Source: Thalia democratica (lineage: Eukaryota). Taken from it: a stretch of DNA of 64,000 nt. Below the pieces are notes generated by a model. That model was not told the DNA's origin. It saw nothing but the letters and a program-made list of their open reading frames with translations, and ran no database searches. Positions 1 to 11,829 of the stretch are shown here, in pieces. How positions within the stretch are numbered: the first letter of the stretch is position 1; the number at the start of each line of letters is the position of its first letter. A program made the translations under genes and the position numbers. Where the stretch lies: positions 67,704,001 through 67,768,000 of the forward strand of contig OZ241830.1 of assembly GCA_965202585.1 (NCBI GenBank). Reading direction: 5' to 3'.

Positions 1-662
1 AACATCGTGAAACAATGTGAACAGTCTAACAGCCATTCAGTTTTCAATAACTGCAATTGTACTACACCTGATGAGTATGTAATTCAACAGTTTCTGTTTT
101 TATTAATTATGTTTACCTAATATACTCCTATTAGTTTTTATAAGGTTAAGAGTTTATTATAAGTTTTAAACGATAGTTTTTATGAGTAACTAACTAGTAC
201 ATTTTTTTATATTCAAGCTAATTATAACTTTAGCTGTAAAACTATGAATTGTAGTTAAAAATATTATTACATCAATAGCTGACTTATACTAACAGTTTTT
301 AAATGATTAAAATATACTTTAAGAGGCTGACCCTGTTTTCCATTTGTTTTAATTCTTATTTTAAATCAGTATTTAGTTTGTATTTGTATAAAATTAAAGT
401 TTACAATATTATAAGTGTTCTAGTCCGCACACCGGCACGATTTTTGATAGAAATTAACTGTTTTTTTTAAATTGATATTCTGTGAGCTATTATAAAAATA
501 AGATTATAAACAATAAAACAACTTTGTTACTATGATAAAGATCATGTAAAGGTTGAAATATTGTAAACAAATATTGTAGTTTAACAAATGTTATCAAATT
601 CAACTCGTGATCTCGGAGTATATTCAGTATATTGATTTGCTTTTTTCTTTTAGGCACATGTA

Positions 663-851
663 TCAACTGAGCTTGATGTACTCCGGGCTACTTGGGTCTC
701 TAGCTTTATTTGAAACCACCTCTGTAAGAGGTTCGGCAGTTTCGACAGGAGCCAGATTCGCAATAGCATCGGGCCATCTTTATCTTTAGTTGCTACCTCT
801 GTCTGCGACCGAATGCGAGAGGGTTTAAGAGCTAATAGCTTCTTCATTTTA
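663..851 (-). pseudogene. Unit-1 copy of the orphan exon with a 1-nt deletion in the GGGG run
   Basis: TCGGGCCATC (unit 1) versus TCGGGGCCATC (unit 2) shifts the frame. Confidence 0.3.
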
Positions 852-1366
852 CTTATAAGATTAGTTTAAATATAGACCAACAAGTATCTATATGCTTTAT
901 TATAAAACAAAATAAAAGGCACATTAAGAAATGTGTACTACTTTAGAAGGCTTTTTGCAGTTCGCGATTCTAGTTTTGCTGTAACAAATGGTTGCTCGTA
1001 CAGTTTACTGGTTCAGAACGTAGGGACTTATACTTCCTCGTTGACACCGGCTGAAGAGCGCGCGAGATGAAAAGATACAATACTGAAATTAAGAAGAGAA
1101 AGATAGATGCAATAAATTTATGCCACCGAATGTGTGGGCTTATACGTAGAGTTCAATGTTCAAATTGACCCAAACTGGAATTTGTTGCTGGAGGACAGTT
1201 TGTCTGCTACATTATGCGTAAACTTATGAGTATGGCACGTTAACAACTCAAATCGACGTTGCTAAAGTAGGTATACAAAATGTGTATAGAAGAAGGTATA
1301 AAAACTACGAAGTTATGAAGTAAAGTGCAAAGTAAATGTTTTAAAAAAGCAAATACTTGAATAAGA

Positions 1367-1495
1367 AGGTTTTGGCGGAGATCATATAGATTTTCCCAGA
1401 TGGCAGCTTATGCTCAAAGCGTCAAGAGAGGTTTTGACGGGGATCAGCTAGATTTCCAAAATGGCGGCTTACGCTCAAAGCGCTAAGTGACGTAA
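1367..1495. promoter_or_regulatory. 62-bp direct repeat with YY1-like and CRE-like motifs (candidate promoter)
   Basis: AGGTTTTG(G/A)CGG(A/G)GATCA...ATGGC(A/G)GCTTA(T/C)GCTCAAAGCG at 1367 and 1429; CAAAATGGCGGC at 1457-1468; TGACGTAA at 1488-1495. Unit-2 copy at 34005-34138. Confidence 0.35.
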
Positions 1496-1594
1496 AGCTG
1501 CTTTCTTCTTGACATGAAATCGGTAAAACTTGCTATTTCATTCGCTCGGCTGCTTATTTACACCTCGATTAAATAACAGTTGCGCATGATAAAT

Positions 1595-2530
1595 ATACTA
1601 ATCATTATGAATATAAAGTTTAATCTACCTCAAGTTAAACAATTTACGAGATACCCCATTATCAAGTATCACAAAATATACTTGAAATTTAAATTAAATT
1701 ACAAACGAGATTCATTAAAATTACTTTAACCAAATTTTTTAAATAAAAATATACTAATAATTACAAATATAAAGTTTAATTTAGACCTCAAGTTAATTCA
1801 ATTACGAGAAGCTGAAACAATCAAGCATCTCAAAAAAAACTTGAAATTTAAATTAAATTACAAACGAGATTCATTCAAATTGTTTTAAGCACAATTTCTT
1901 GATAGAAATGTACTAATCATTATAAGTATAAAGTTCAATTTAGATCTCAAGTTAAACGAATTACGAGAAGCTGAAACAATCAAACATCACAAAATATATA
2001 CTTAAAATTTGAATTAAATTACAAACGAGATTCATTAAAATTACTTTAACCACATTTTTTTTAAATAAATAATCATTATAAATAAAAAGTTTAATTTTGA
2101 CCTCAAGTTAAACAATTTACGAGATACCACATAATCAAGTATCACAAAATATAATTGAAATTTAAATTAAATTACAAACGAGATTCATCCAAATTGCTTT
2201 AAGCACATTTTTTAATAAAAATATACTAACTATTATAAATATGAAGTTTAATTTTGACCTCAAGTTAGACAATTTACGAGATACCACATAATCAAGTATC
2301 ACAAAATATATACTTGAAATTTAAATTAAATTACAAACGAGATTCATTCGAATTACACCAGGCATTATTTTTTTGATAACAGTATACTAATCATTATGAA
2401 TATAATGTTAATTTAGACCTCAATTTAAACGAATTACGAGAAGCTCAACATTCAAGTATCACAAAACATAACTAAAATACAAATTAAATTACAAACGAGA
2501 TTAATTCAAATTGCTATGAGCACATTTTTA
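1595..2530. repeat. ~155-160-bp minisatellite, 6 units (2 more units at ~3345-3640)
   Basis: Unit ATACTAATCATTAT...CCTCAAGTTAAAC...TTACGAGA...AATTAAATTACAAACGAGATTCAT starts at 1595, 1751, 1911, ~2068, 2223 and 2384. Confidence 0.95.
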
Positions 2531-2704
2531 TAATAACGTAAATCACGTAAAAGTATTGTGTTAGACAAACAATTGTTTCGTTGTAAGTATATTTGAAATG
2601 AAAAGCATAATAACCATTTATAGCATAGTTATCTTTAAATTGATTTATTTTTAATTAAAGTTTTTTTTTAACGTATTATTGAATTATTCCGTTTATTATT
2701 GAAT

Positions 2705-2768
2705 AAGATTTATTATTTAAGCGCTGACGAGGTTTTTGACCGAAACATAGTTTGCATAATAAAATCTT
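2705..2768 (+). ncRNA. Type I hammerhead ribozyme motif (minimal, Penelope/retrozyme-like)
   Basis: Core CTGACGA (2724-2730); stem II GGTT-ttt-GACC (2731-2741); GAAA (2742-2745); 2-bp stem III AC-ata-GT; predicted cut after GTT (2752). Stem I: GCG/TGC (3 bp), a 4-nt TTAA bulge, then AAGATTTATTAT pairing with ATAATAAAATCTT. Confidence 0.8.
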
Positions 2769-2888
2769 GAAAGAACAAATACATTATTTTTCTTCTATTA
2801 GTTAAGATCTCTTTATTTGTTTTGTAAAAATCGAAGCATATAATATTATAATAACATTATATACTAGCGTTGAGGATCAATTTAAAAC

Positions 2889-2990
2889 TGATGTGTAATT
2901 CAGCAATTATTAAGCTGTTCTGTAAGCGGGAGGTTGTGATATCGAGTCCACTAGTCACAGTTTGACCCTTCGTGCAATTTAGACCCGTTC
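2889..2990 (+). mobile_element. Possible degenerate tRNA-derived SINE head (second copy 4002-4100)
   Basis: A-box-like GTGTAATTCAGC(A/G)ATT, anticodon-arm-like CTGTTCTGT(A/G)AGCGGG, B-box-like GGTTGTGATATCGAGTCC, then CCACT...TGACCCTTCGTGCAA loosely like the CORE/MIR body. No intact cloverleaf. Confidence 0.35.
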
Positions 2991-3817
2991 CCAAATTAAC
3001 TACGTACAACTTGGCTCTAATGTAACTAAAAACATTGGAAACAGAAATCAATAGTGTTATTGGTAAATCTTCAGGCACTTTCTCTCGTTTTACTGCACGA
3101 GTTTAAAACATACCAGTTAACTATAAATCTTTTGCACAGCAGTTTTGTTAAAATGTTCAAAATACAGATAAAACGAACTTAAACTGTCAAAGTAATGGTT
3201 TATTAGGTCGATCAAAACATTAAAATCAAAGTTTGATACTTGTTAGGAAGTAAAATTTTTTAAAGACATTATAAACTTTCGTAAAATTTTTGTAAAACAT
3301 GTGCTTAATACTTTGAATATAATTTTGAGCACACGTTTCTTATTGTATTTTTTTAATAAAAATATACTAACCATTGTGAATATAAAATTTAATTTACCTC
3401 AAGTTAAACGAATTACGAGATACCCCATAATCAAGTTCATTCATTCAAACTCATTCAAATTGTACCAAGCATCATTTTTTTGATAAAAACATACTAATCA
3501 TTATAAATATATAGTTTAATTTTGACCTCAAGTTAAATGAATTACGAGAAGCTCGACAATCAAGTATCACAAAAAAAAAATTGAAATTTAAATTAAATTA
3601 CAAACGAGATTCATTCAAATTGCTTTGAACACATTTTTATAATAACGTAAAAGTGTTGTGTTAGACAAACAATTGTTACTTTGTAAGTATATTTGAAATG
3701 AAAAGTACAATAATTATATATAGTTATAATATAGTTATTTATAATATAGTTATTTTTAAATTAATTTACTCTAAATAAAGTTTTTTTTAACGTATTATTG
3801 AATTATTATGTTTAAAT

Positions 3818-3881
3818 AAGATTTTTTATTTAAGCGCTGACGAGGTTTTTGACCGAAACATAGTTTGCATATTATAATCTT
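3818..3881 (+). ncRNA. Second type I hammerhead ribozyme motif
   Basis: Identical core GCGCTGACGAGGTTTTTGACCGAAACATAGTTTGCAT (3834-3870); distal stem I has three T-T mismatches. Confidence 0.75.
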
Positions 3882-6011
3882 GAAAGAACAAATACATTTT
3901 TTCTCTTCTAGTAATCAAGATCTCTTTATTTGTTTTGTAAAAATCGAAGCATTTAATATTATATTAACATTATATACTAGCTTTGAGGATCAATTTAAAA
4001 TTGATGTGTAATTCAGCGATTGTTAAGCTGTTCTGTGAGCGGGAGGTTGTGAGATAGAGTCCACTATTCACAGTTTGACCCTTCGTGCAATTTAGACCCG
4101 TTCCCAAAATAACTACGTACAACTTGGCTCAAATGTAACTAAAAACATTGGAAACAGAAATCAATAGTGTTATTGGTAAATCTTCAGGCACTTTCTCTCG
4201 TTTGACTGCACGAGTTTAAAACATACCAGTTAGCTATAAATATTTTGCACTAACTTAGTTTTGTTAAAATGTTCGAAATAGAGATGAAACGAATTTAAAC
4301 TGTCGAAGTAATGGTTTATAAGGTCGATGAAAACATTAGAATTAAATTTTTATATTCTTTAAGTAATAAGTTTTTTTAAAGACATATTAAACATTCGTAA
4401 AATTTTTGTAAAACATATGTTTAAAACTTCGAAAATAATTTTGAGCACACGTTTTAATATAGTCATTTCGGTCTAAAATTTTAACTGTTTTAAGCAGTTA
4501 TTAAAAGGTTTATTACAGTATATAAGGGTTTAATTATAAGTATTCAATAATACTATATAGTGGAATAGTTTTCGAAAAAGTTTCATCTACAATGTATCTC
4601 ATTGAAGTTGTCTGGAATAATATTAAATGTAGTTTTAACGACAAGATAAGTTTTATTATCAACTTACAAGTAAGAACAAATCTCGAGAATAAATTAATAA
4701 CCTATTACAAACCGTCTATTTTATAAGCTAAAACTCGTTACTCAAACATTTTTTTACTGCTAAAAGCTATCAACAAACTATTTGGTTATAGAATACAGAC
4801 AAATAAGTGCTACGTTTAAGTACCTCTCTATGTCATAAGTGTAATTTTTTAGTTTAATACCAATAGCTAATTCTACAAATTATTTCACAAGTGCAAATAT
4901 CTAAAGTTTTAGAGATACAAAATGTTTATTAGTTACGATTTAATTTTTGTACTTGTTTAAAAAAAAAGTTATTAGTTACTACTTTGGTATAGCTGAAAAA
5001 GTGTACTTTGCACAAATAATTTAGTTTTACAAATTTTTAGCTTAATTTTTTTTTCTCTTCTTAAAATTATTCAAAAACGTTTTGAAATTAGTTTTAAGTT
5101 TAACATTTAAAAAAAAAACTTTAAGCTAAGAAACTATGGATCCGCTTGCGACTTGGAACTTTTTTTTTTAAACCGATAACCTTTAGTTATCTCTTTGCTG
5201 CATTTTAAATTTTTATAAAATTCACACCTAACTAACTTTTTGGTAAGGACTCAATAGATCAGAAGATTTCTTATAACTATTTATTAGCTATAAAATACTA
5301 AGCCAATAATAAAAAGCTTTGTTTTTAATTAAATGTTTACATTGTTAATAACTTTTCAGATCAAAACATATTATTTATGCTCATCTATGTTAATACCATG
5401 GAGAACTGTTCACAAAACACTAAGCTGTCTTCCGTATTTTTATTTAAAAATTTACTGTTTTCTTTCAAAGTCAAAATTGTACTTCTAAAATTGATTTATC
5501 TGCAGATTAAAATAGTCTTTTAGTTTTACAGAAAAAAGGAAATTATCTGGAAAACGTTTTGTAACTAAAATGCTGCCAATGATAATTAGTAGTATATTTA
5601 CTATTTGCATACTTAAAAAATGACAGTTAGAAAAACATTCAAAAAATTAAATAAAAAACTTTTAGTGAAAGGCGGTTGTAGTTTTTGAGTTTGAGACAGA
5701 ACATGTAAAACTAGTATCAGGTTGAATTTTTACTATTCTTAAATTTAGTATGCAGCTTTATTACTGTTTATTTTCGTATTCGTCTTTTTTTTTTCGACAG
5801 ACTGACAACGGACGATTCATGGTAAAGAAGATCGATGGTTTGAATAATTAAGATGAGTTCGTTGCAGATGAAAACATACCAAGATATTTGATTGCACTTG
5901 AAAGAGTAGAGAAAAGTAAAAATATCTAATTTTATTCGCTTGCTTAAATAATACAAGTTTTTTTTAAATTGCGTTACTTAAAAATTTCTAACTGACTAAC
6001 AACGGACCGAG

Positions 6012-6741
6012 TTTTAACCGAGTGGTTTGTTTGAAAGGAGAAATTTATGCAATAGCAGCAGGTAACTACATGTTTAAGGAAGACAAAACTACCATTGAAA
6101 AATACATTGCGAAAACGAATACTTGGGAGAAAGTTTCACAAATAGACGACAACGGAGGACGAAGTTCATTTTGCTGCTGCGCGTTCATGAACGAAATATA
6201 TTTACTAGGCGGCCGTTACCGATGGTACGTGACCGACTCCTGCTTGAAGTTTGACGCAACAAGCCGCGCTTGGAAGGGAGTCACGGAGATGAGCGAAGCG
6301 CGCCAGCATGCGGCGTGCGCCGTTTTCCAAGGAAGAATCGTGGTTTGCGGCGGGGAAGATGACGAAGAAGAAAATTACTCGGAAACGGTTGAGTCGTATG
6401 ACGTCATCACCGACACTTGGTCGCCGATGCCCAGCATGATGGAAAGCAAAAGCAGGCACAGCGCAGTTGCGGTGAGAAGCAAGTATTACGTCATCTGCGA
6501 ACACGATTTTTGCGAGGTCTTTGACAGCGTTTGTAACAAGTTTGTTGCCTTAAAAGAACCGAATCTAAAATTTAGACGAGTGAGTAAAGCTGTTTCATTT
6601 GGCAGTAAAATTTTTGTGTTTCGTTTTACTCAACCTAGTTTGGTTGTTTATGATGTTGATAAAGACGAGTGGTCGGAGGAACTGTGTGAAATTACCAAAA
6701 ATGTTCAATGTTTTTCCTGTACAGTTGTACCATTTTGTTAA
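6012..6741 (+). pseudogene. 5'-truncated copy of the Kelch gene (kelch repeats only)
   Basis: Near-identical to 38316-39045, but homology stops abruptly at 6012. The upstream BACK region and ATG exon are absent from unit 1. Confidence 0.85.
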
Positions 6742-9700
6742 TAAATTTGAAGTATTAATTGATTAGCTAAGTGCAAAATAATTGTATAAATTGTACAGAA
6801 ATCTAAGACAAAATTCATTCAAAAACATCTTTATTAAAGCAACAAACAAGTAAAATCGATTTCGGCTAACGCTTTTCAATTACTTTAGTTAGCAACTAAT
6901 TTTAAGATTAAATTTTGAGTATATAAATAGTTAGAGGTTACATCAGAAAAATCAATTAACAATAATTAGCATAATTGAGCAAAAATTAATTAAACATTCA
7001 CAATTCATAAATGCATATACAAAACAGTTTATCAGTAATTTAACTAAGATAAGCAACATTAAAAATAAAATAAAAATAAGCGACAAAATTCAAATAAAAT
7101 CTATAACAACTTATAAAGATTAGATTTATAAACGTATTGTTGCTTACACAAATTAGGTTTACATGTTTTTATAAATAGAGATTCTAAAACACTTAGGTGA
7201 TAATCGTTACGAGCTTTTTTACTCTTTATTTTCGTAATCGTCTTTTTTTTTCGACTGACTAACAACGGACGATTCATAGCAAAATGTTTTTATCATATTC
7301 GTTTAGATCAGAGTAGTACAGAGCTGTATGCAATAAAGAAGTTTAATATGACTAATAATTTAATTTTGCATAAAAACATGATAAATTATAAGGTACATTT
7401 TGTAGTAGAAATCAATTTAGAACACTTATAAATTGAATCATTCAAGTTAACTTAAAGATCGAAAACAAGTTTAAACTCACTTAAAAACAAAAAATACCCT
7501 ACAAACTTGTAACTTTTTTAAAAGGCTCTTACTAAACTATTATACAAAAACATTCATATTTTTGATAGCAGATTGATAAAATAAAATTAAAAAAAAAACT
7601 AACAAGATAAAGTTTCAAACTTTATAATACAAAACTTTTAAAAAATTTATTATAATGTGTTTAAGGCTCGTAAAATCTTATATGGTATAAAAACCTACAT
7701 TTTATGCAATAATGTAAAAAATAGTGTCTTATTTCTAGAAGTATAAATAGCATAAAGAAGAGTTACTCATTATTTTAAATCATTACTGGTTTATAATTAG
7801 TTTTATTGTTTGAGACAGCAAACGAAGGAAAAATACAAATGTTTTTACTCCATACATTTTTATCAGTTTAAATTTTTAGTATTATAAAAAAAACTAGGTA
7901 GCACAAAATTATAATTTCCTAAAACTTCAATTTTCTAAACGAAACTTTTAATAAAGTAAATATTTTGGAACATCAACACAATTATAAAAAAGTAAAAATC
8001 TTAAGAAATATTATGCACGCTTATCGAAGGAAAAAATCTAAAATAACTGAAGGTTTGTGCTTAATAAGAAAATTTTTCAAACGTCCTTGATAAAAGTAGG
8101 AATAGAATTCTACAAAAATTTACTAAAAAGGCATAAGCAGCGAAACTAAAACCGTCAATTGAAATTGAGACGTGCAGCATCAAACGACGTTGTGTTTGAA
8201 CAGCACGTAGTTGGCCATCGTGTGGTTGCCCGACTGCCGGTACATCAAGCTGAGGTTGAAGGCGATCTCGTGCCGGAGGTCGAAGCTGTCCTCGCACACC
8301 GCGTCGACCACATTGGCAGGTGGTCCGCACTTCAACGCGTCCTCGTACATGTGCACCGCAAAGTGGTTCAGCCCGATCTGGTGGAGGGCGCGCCCGATGT
8401 TGTACAGCGACTCCTGCTTGTTGTTCCGCAGCTGCCATTTCAAACATTATACAAGTTTGTTCAAGTTTTATTTCAAATATCATGCCAACCGGCCTTTTCA
8501 GTTTATATTAAATAACATCATTACTTGAAAGAAGGATATTTTGTTACTCATTCAAACAGAAGCTGACTCATGAGTTTTTATAAATATTGAGTAGCTTTTA
8601 TTGTTATTTAATGCACGAAGTTAGATTTATGTTTGCGGATATTTATATCCGAATGAAATAAGTGCAGGGTTAAAACTGTACTTACAAAAAACCTTTATAT
8701 AGCTTTTATTAATCTTTATTAACTAACCTAACAATGAAATATTACAAATAGCTTTGTTTCATTAATTTCAAAAACGTCAGCTTTTAGACTTTATCAAAAC
8801 AAATATTCTAGCAAGTAAACTAAACATTACCATTGAGGATCTTCAACGTAATAAACAATCTGTCAAAATAATCAAACCTGGCAATACTTGGCAAGGAGTG
8901 CGAAGGCTTGCGCGACATAAGTGTGCTTGTTACCGCAAGTTTTCTGCGTGAGTATGTGGCAGTAGCAAATTCCCACTATCAAATGCAGTTCCGCATTTTC
9001 TTGCTCCTGCAAGTAATCTTGTTATTTATCCGATAAGTTTATTCGATAGCACTGACGAAAGTTGGTTTAAAAAACCTACGTACATTTTCTAAATGAAACT
9101 AAAGACATTTTTTAAATGTAAAAACTTACACATTCACTTCTTTAATACATTACACAAAGATACTATAAGAGTTTCAAAAATTTATGAATTTTGGATATAA
9201 GTAACAGAACGAGCTTAAAAAACTATATACTTTTGGTTTTTCTCAGAAAGGGATTAAATTGATAATAACGTTTAATTTGCTTATAATTACTTTTCAAAAC
9301 TTTACTTGGTTTTTAATAAAATAAATTAGTGAAGTTTTATCATGTACTATTCTGTTTTTGATAACTAAAAATTTTCAAAAACCAATAAAGTACAGATACA
9401 TCTACAAAAAATTGTCAAACTTCTTCTAGTAGTTCGATGTAATAATTAAGTGCAGGTCTGAAGTTATTAGATGCAATATCTCCATGAGCAAACATGCTTT
9501 GAAGCGGGTGAACTTTCTTATCTTGTACCTGTAATTGTATACTTGCTTTTCGTGAATGCTTTTAAAAAGAAAACAGATTAACCACTTTGTTTTGCTAGTA
9601 ATTAACTTTGAAAATAACACAAAATAACTTATCATTATTGCGAAAAACTTTAATTTACTCTGCAATTAAAAAGTGGTTAACTTAACTAGTCATTAAAATA

Positions 9701-11030
9701 ATACTTTACATTAGCACAAAACAAATAAGGTCAACATAAGTTTACTTACTATAAAGCGCATTATTGTTGTAAAAACAATAACTATTGGAATAAAATAATA
9801 GATAACCAATACTGGGATATAGACAGTATTCAATAAACATGTATTTATTATCTTAGATAAAAAAAAACCTTAAACGCAAAAATTTCTGCCTTGCAATTAA
9901 TAATACTTTTCTGCAAATTTTTTTGACACAATACTGACCACCATGATTCTGTGGAGAAACCTGTGAGTGTTTTTGAGAACCTTCTGACTGTGGGACATCC
10001 TGGTGACCACCTGATTGAATATGTTCCACACGTGGTTCTGCACCGATGACTGGTCCTCCTTCTTCGATAAGATCACCTTCCTTCAATTGATATACAACAG
10101 GTTTGTATGGAAACAATGTACAGTAAGACAGTGTTTGTATAAATGAGGTTAGAATTTTAAACTTGTATTTATAAAAAACACAGTCTTTATTTTAGATGCC
10201 ATTTATAAAAGCACTAAAAGTTTTAATACAGTTTATAATTTAAAAAACATATACTAAAATCCAAAATTAGCTGAAAACACTGCTTGATAAGTTTATTTAT
10301 GTTTTTAAAATTAAAAATTAATAAAAGTGCAGCAAAGTATTCATTATATCAATAAACAACACAAATAACTTGATTCAAACAAACTTGAGTATTTTGAAGG
10401 CGTAATAGTACCACCCGCTCAACAGGCTGAACCTGAACAAAATAACTTCCAGCTTGCTTCTTGAAATTTTCGCGCGCGAAAAGAAGTTTTTCTCCTTCAT
10501 AACGTGGTCGCTTATCAAACAGGCCTCCTTGTATCTTTTGCACGTGTTGAGCAGGTTCAGCAACTCCTTGATTGATAAGGTTGATTATATTGGTGGAGTC
10601 TTAGCTCGCAAAAGTTTTTTTACTAAAGAAATAATATGCAGCAAAAATATTAAAGTACTTTGGAATATTAAGTTATAAACTATTTGTAATTAAGAACGTT
10701 TTTTTTTGTATGATTTAACCTTATGTTAAACTTATCTCACGGCATACGAAGGTCCAGGCTTAAACTCTGTAGACTTTCGCTGATGTTTTCGTTAAAAAGA
10801 ATTGATATACTTTTCAAACTTTTGTATAAACTTTGAATCAGTTTTTAGTAAATATGGAGTGTTTATACTGACATAAAACAACAAAAGATTATGTTCTAAA
10901 ACTATCCCTTATCATTTCCGTAGAAGCAAACCTTAACTTAGCCAAAAACATTTATAGAAGAAAGTTACTTATAATTTAATACTAACCTGAATGTGTTATA
11001 ATTTTCAACTTAAATAAGTATTTAATAATA

Positions 11031-11829
11031 CAGTGCTTATTGACTTATCCGGACATGTTGGGCAATTCTGTAAAGGTATCCGGATAAGCATTTTTCCAGA
11101 TAAGTACAAAATATAGTGTTTTTATAAAATAATATAACTGCTGTAATTTATGCAATGTAAAATAAATAATAATAACTCAGCTCTTCTTTTTCTGCTTTAA
11201 ATTTCTTACACTTTACTTTTCAAAATATCGTGAAAAGTCGACTCGCCCATGCTAAAATGCTCTATTATAAAAGACTTTAAACCATTGTTTTTCCATCTTT
11301 TTACAAACTTCTAGTTTATTTTCAAAGCTTATTGCAACTCGTGTTATTTTTTATTTTTGTAACTTGTCTGTTTCTGAAACCTTGTATGTTGAGTATGTCA
11401 AACTTATAACTTTTTGATAATAAAAAAAAATTATGCAACTCATCTTAATAAATATTGTTTCAATTAAGAACTTTTGAAAGTTTGAATTAAAAACCAAAAA
11501 TAAAAAAACTTTTAAATATTAATTTTCTAAAAAATTAAAATTAGAAACAATGTTTTTTAAAATTGATTTACTTTACATATAAATGTTTCTACTAACTAAA
11601 CTAGTTTTAAACAAATTGAACGTAAGCTTTACTAGTATTATTACGTCATAATTATGTAATAAATTGCAGAACTTATAAAATCACTTAAAAATTTTTCACA
11701 GCATCAAAGCTTAAACATTAGTATGTATTACACGAAAATGTTTGTGTTTAATACTGAATTATTTATTAAGTTTTTTCTCGGCTGAAATTTTCCGTATAAG
11801 TGAGCGTCCGGATAAGTGAATAAGCATTG
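11031..11829. mobile_element. Tc1/mariner-type MITE in a GTF3C3 intron
   Basis: TA|CAGTGCTTATTGACTTATCCGGAC ... GTCCGGATAAGTGAATAAGCATTG|TA: ~24-bp TIR with TA on both sides and no ORF. Confidence 0.85.

Larger units (their letters stand above)
2225..4453 (+). repeat. ~1.11-kb tandem duplication (about 2225-3335 and 3340-4453), present only in unit 1
   Basis: GTGTTAGACAAAC at 2559 and 3659; hammerhead cores at 2724 and 3837; homology ends at GAGCACACGTTT (3334 and 4453). Confidence 0.9.

Noticed and set aside
68-100. CTGATGAG motifs at 68, ~18482, ~30893, ~32703 and CTGAAGAG...GAAA at 1051 as additional hammerheads
   Set aside because: They lack GAAAC after a pairable stem II, or the stem does not close; the core is incomplete.
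1595-2530. CRISPR array or retrozyme interpretation of the 155-bp repeat
   Set aside because: Whole units are homologous (no unique spacers), the context is eukaryotic, and no hammerhead core was seen within the unit on either strand.
6205-6504. 99-aa minus-strand ORF (also 38509-38808)
   Set aside because: Antisense shadow of the GC-rich Kelch repeats.
8061-8528. Overlapping ORFs 8061-8483(-), 8159-8515(+), 8211-8528(+), 8320-8511(+) and their unit-2 twins at 40369-40836
   Set aside because: Alternate or antisense frames of the GC3-rich last GTF3C3 exon; only the 8180 frame has recognisable homology.
9853-10678. ORFs MFPYKPVV..., MQKIQGG... and MLLEIFAR... (and 42165-42980)
   Set aside because: Wrong frame or strand over true GTF3C3 exons; the real frame reads WNIFNQV and ELLNLLNTC.
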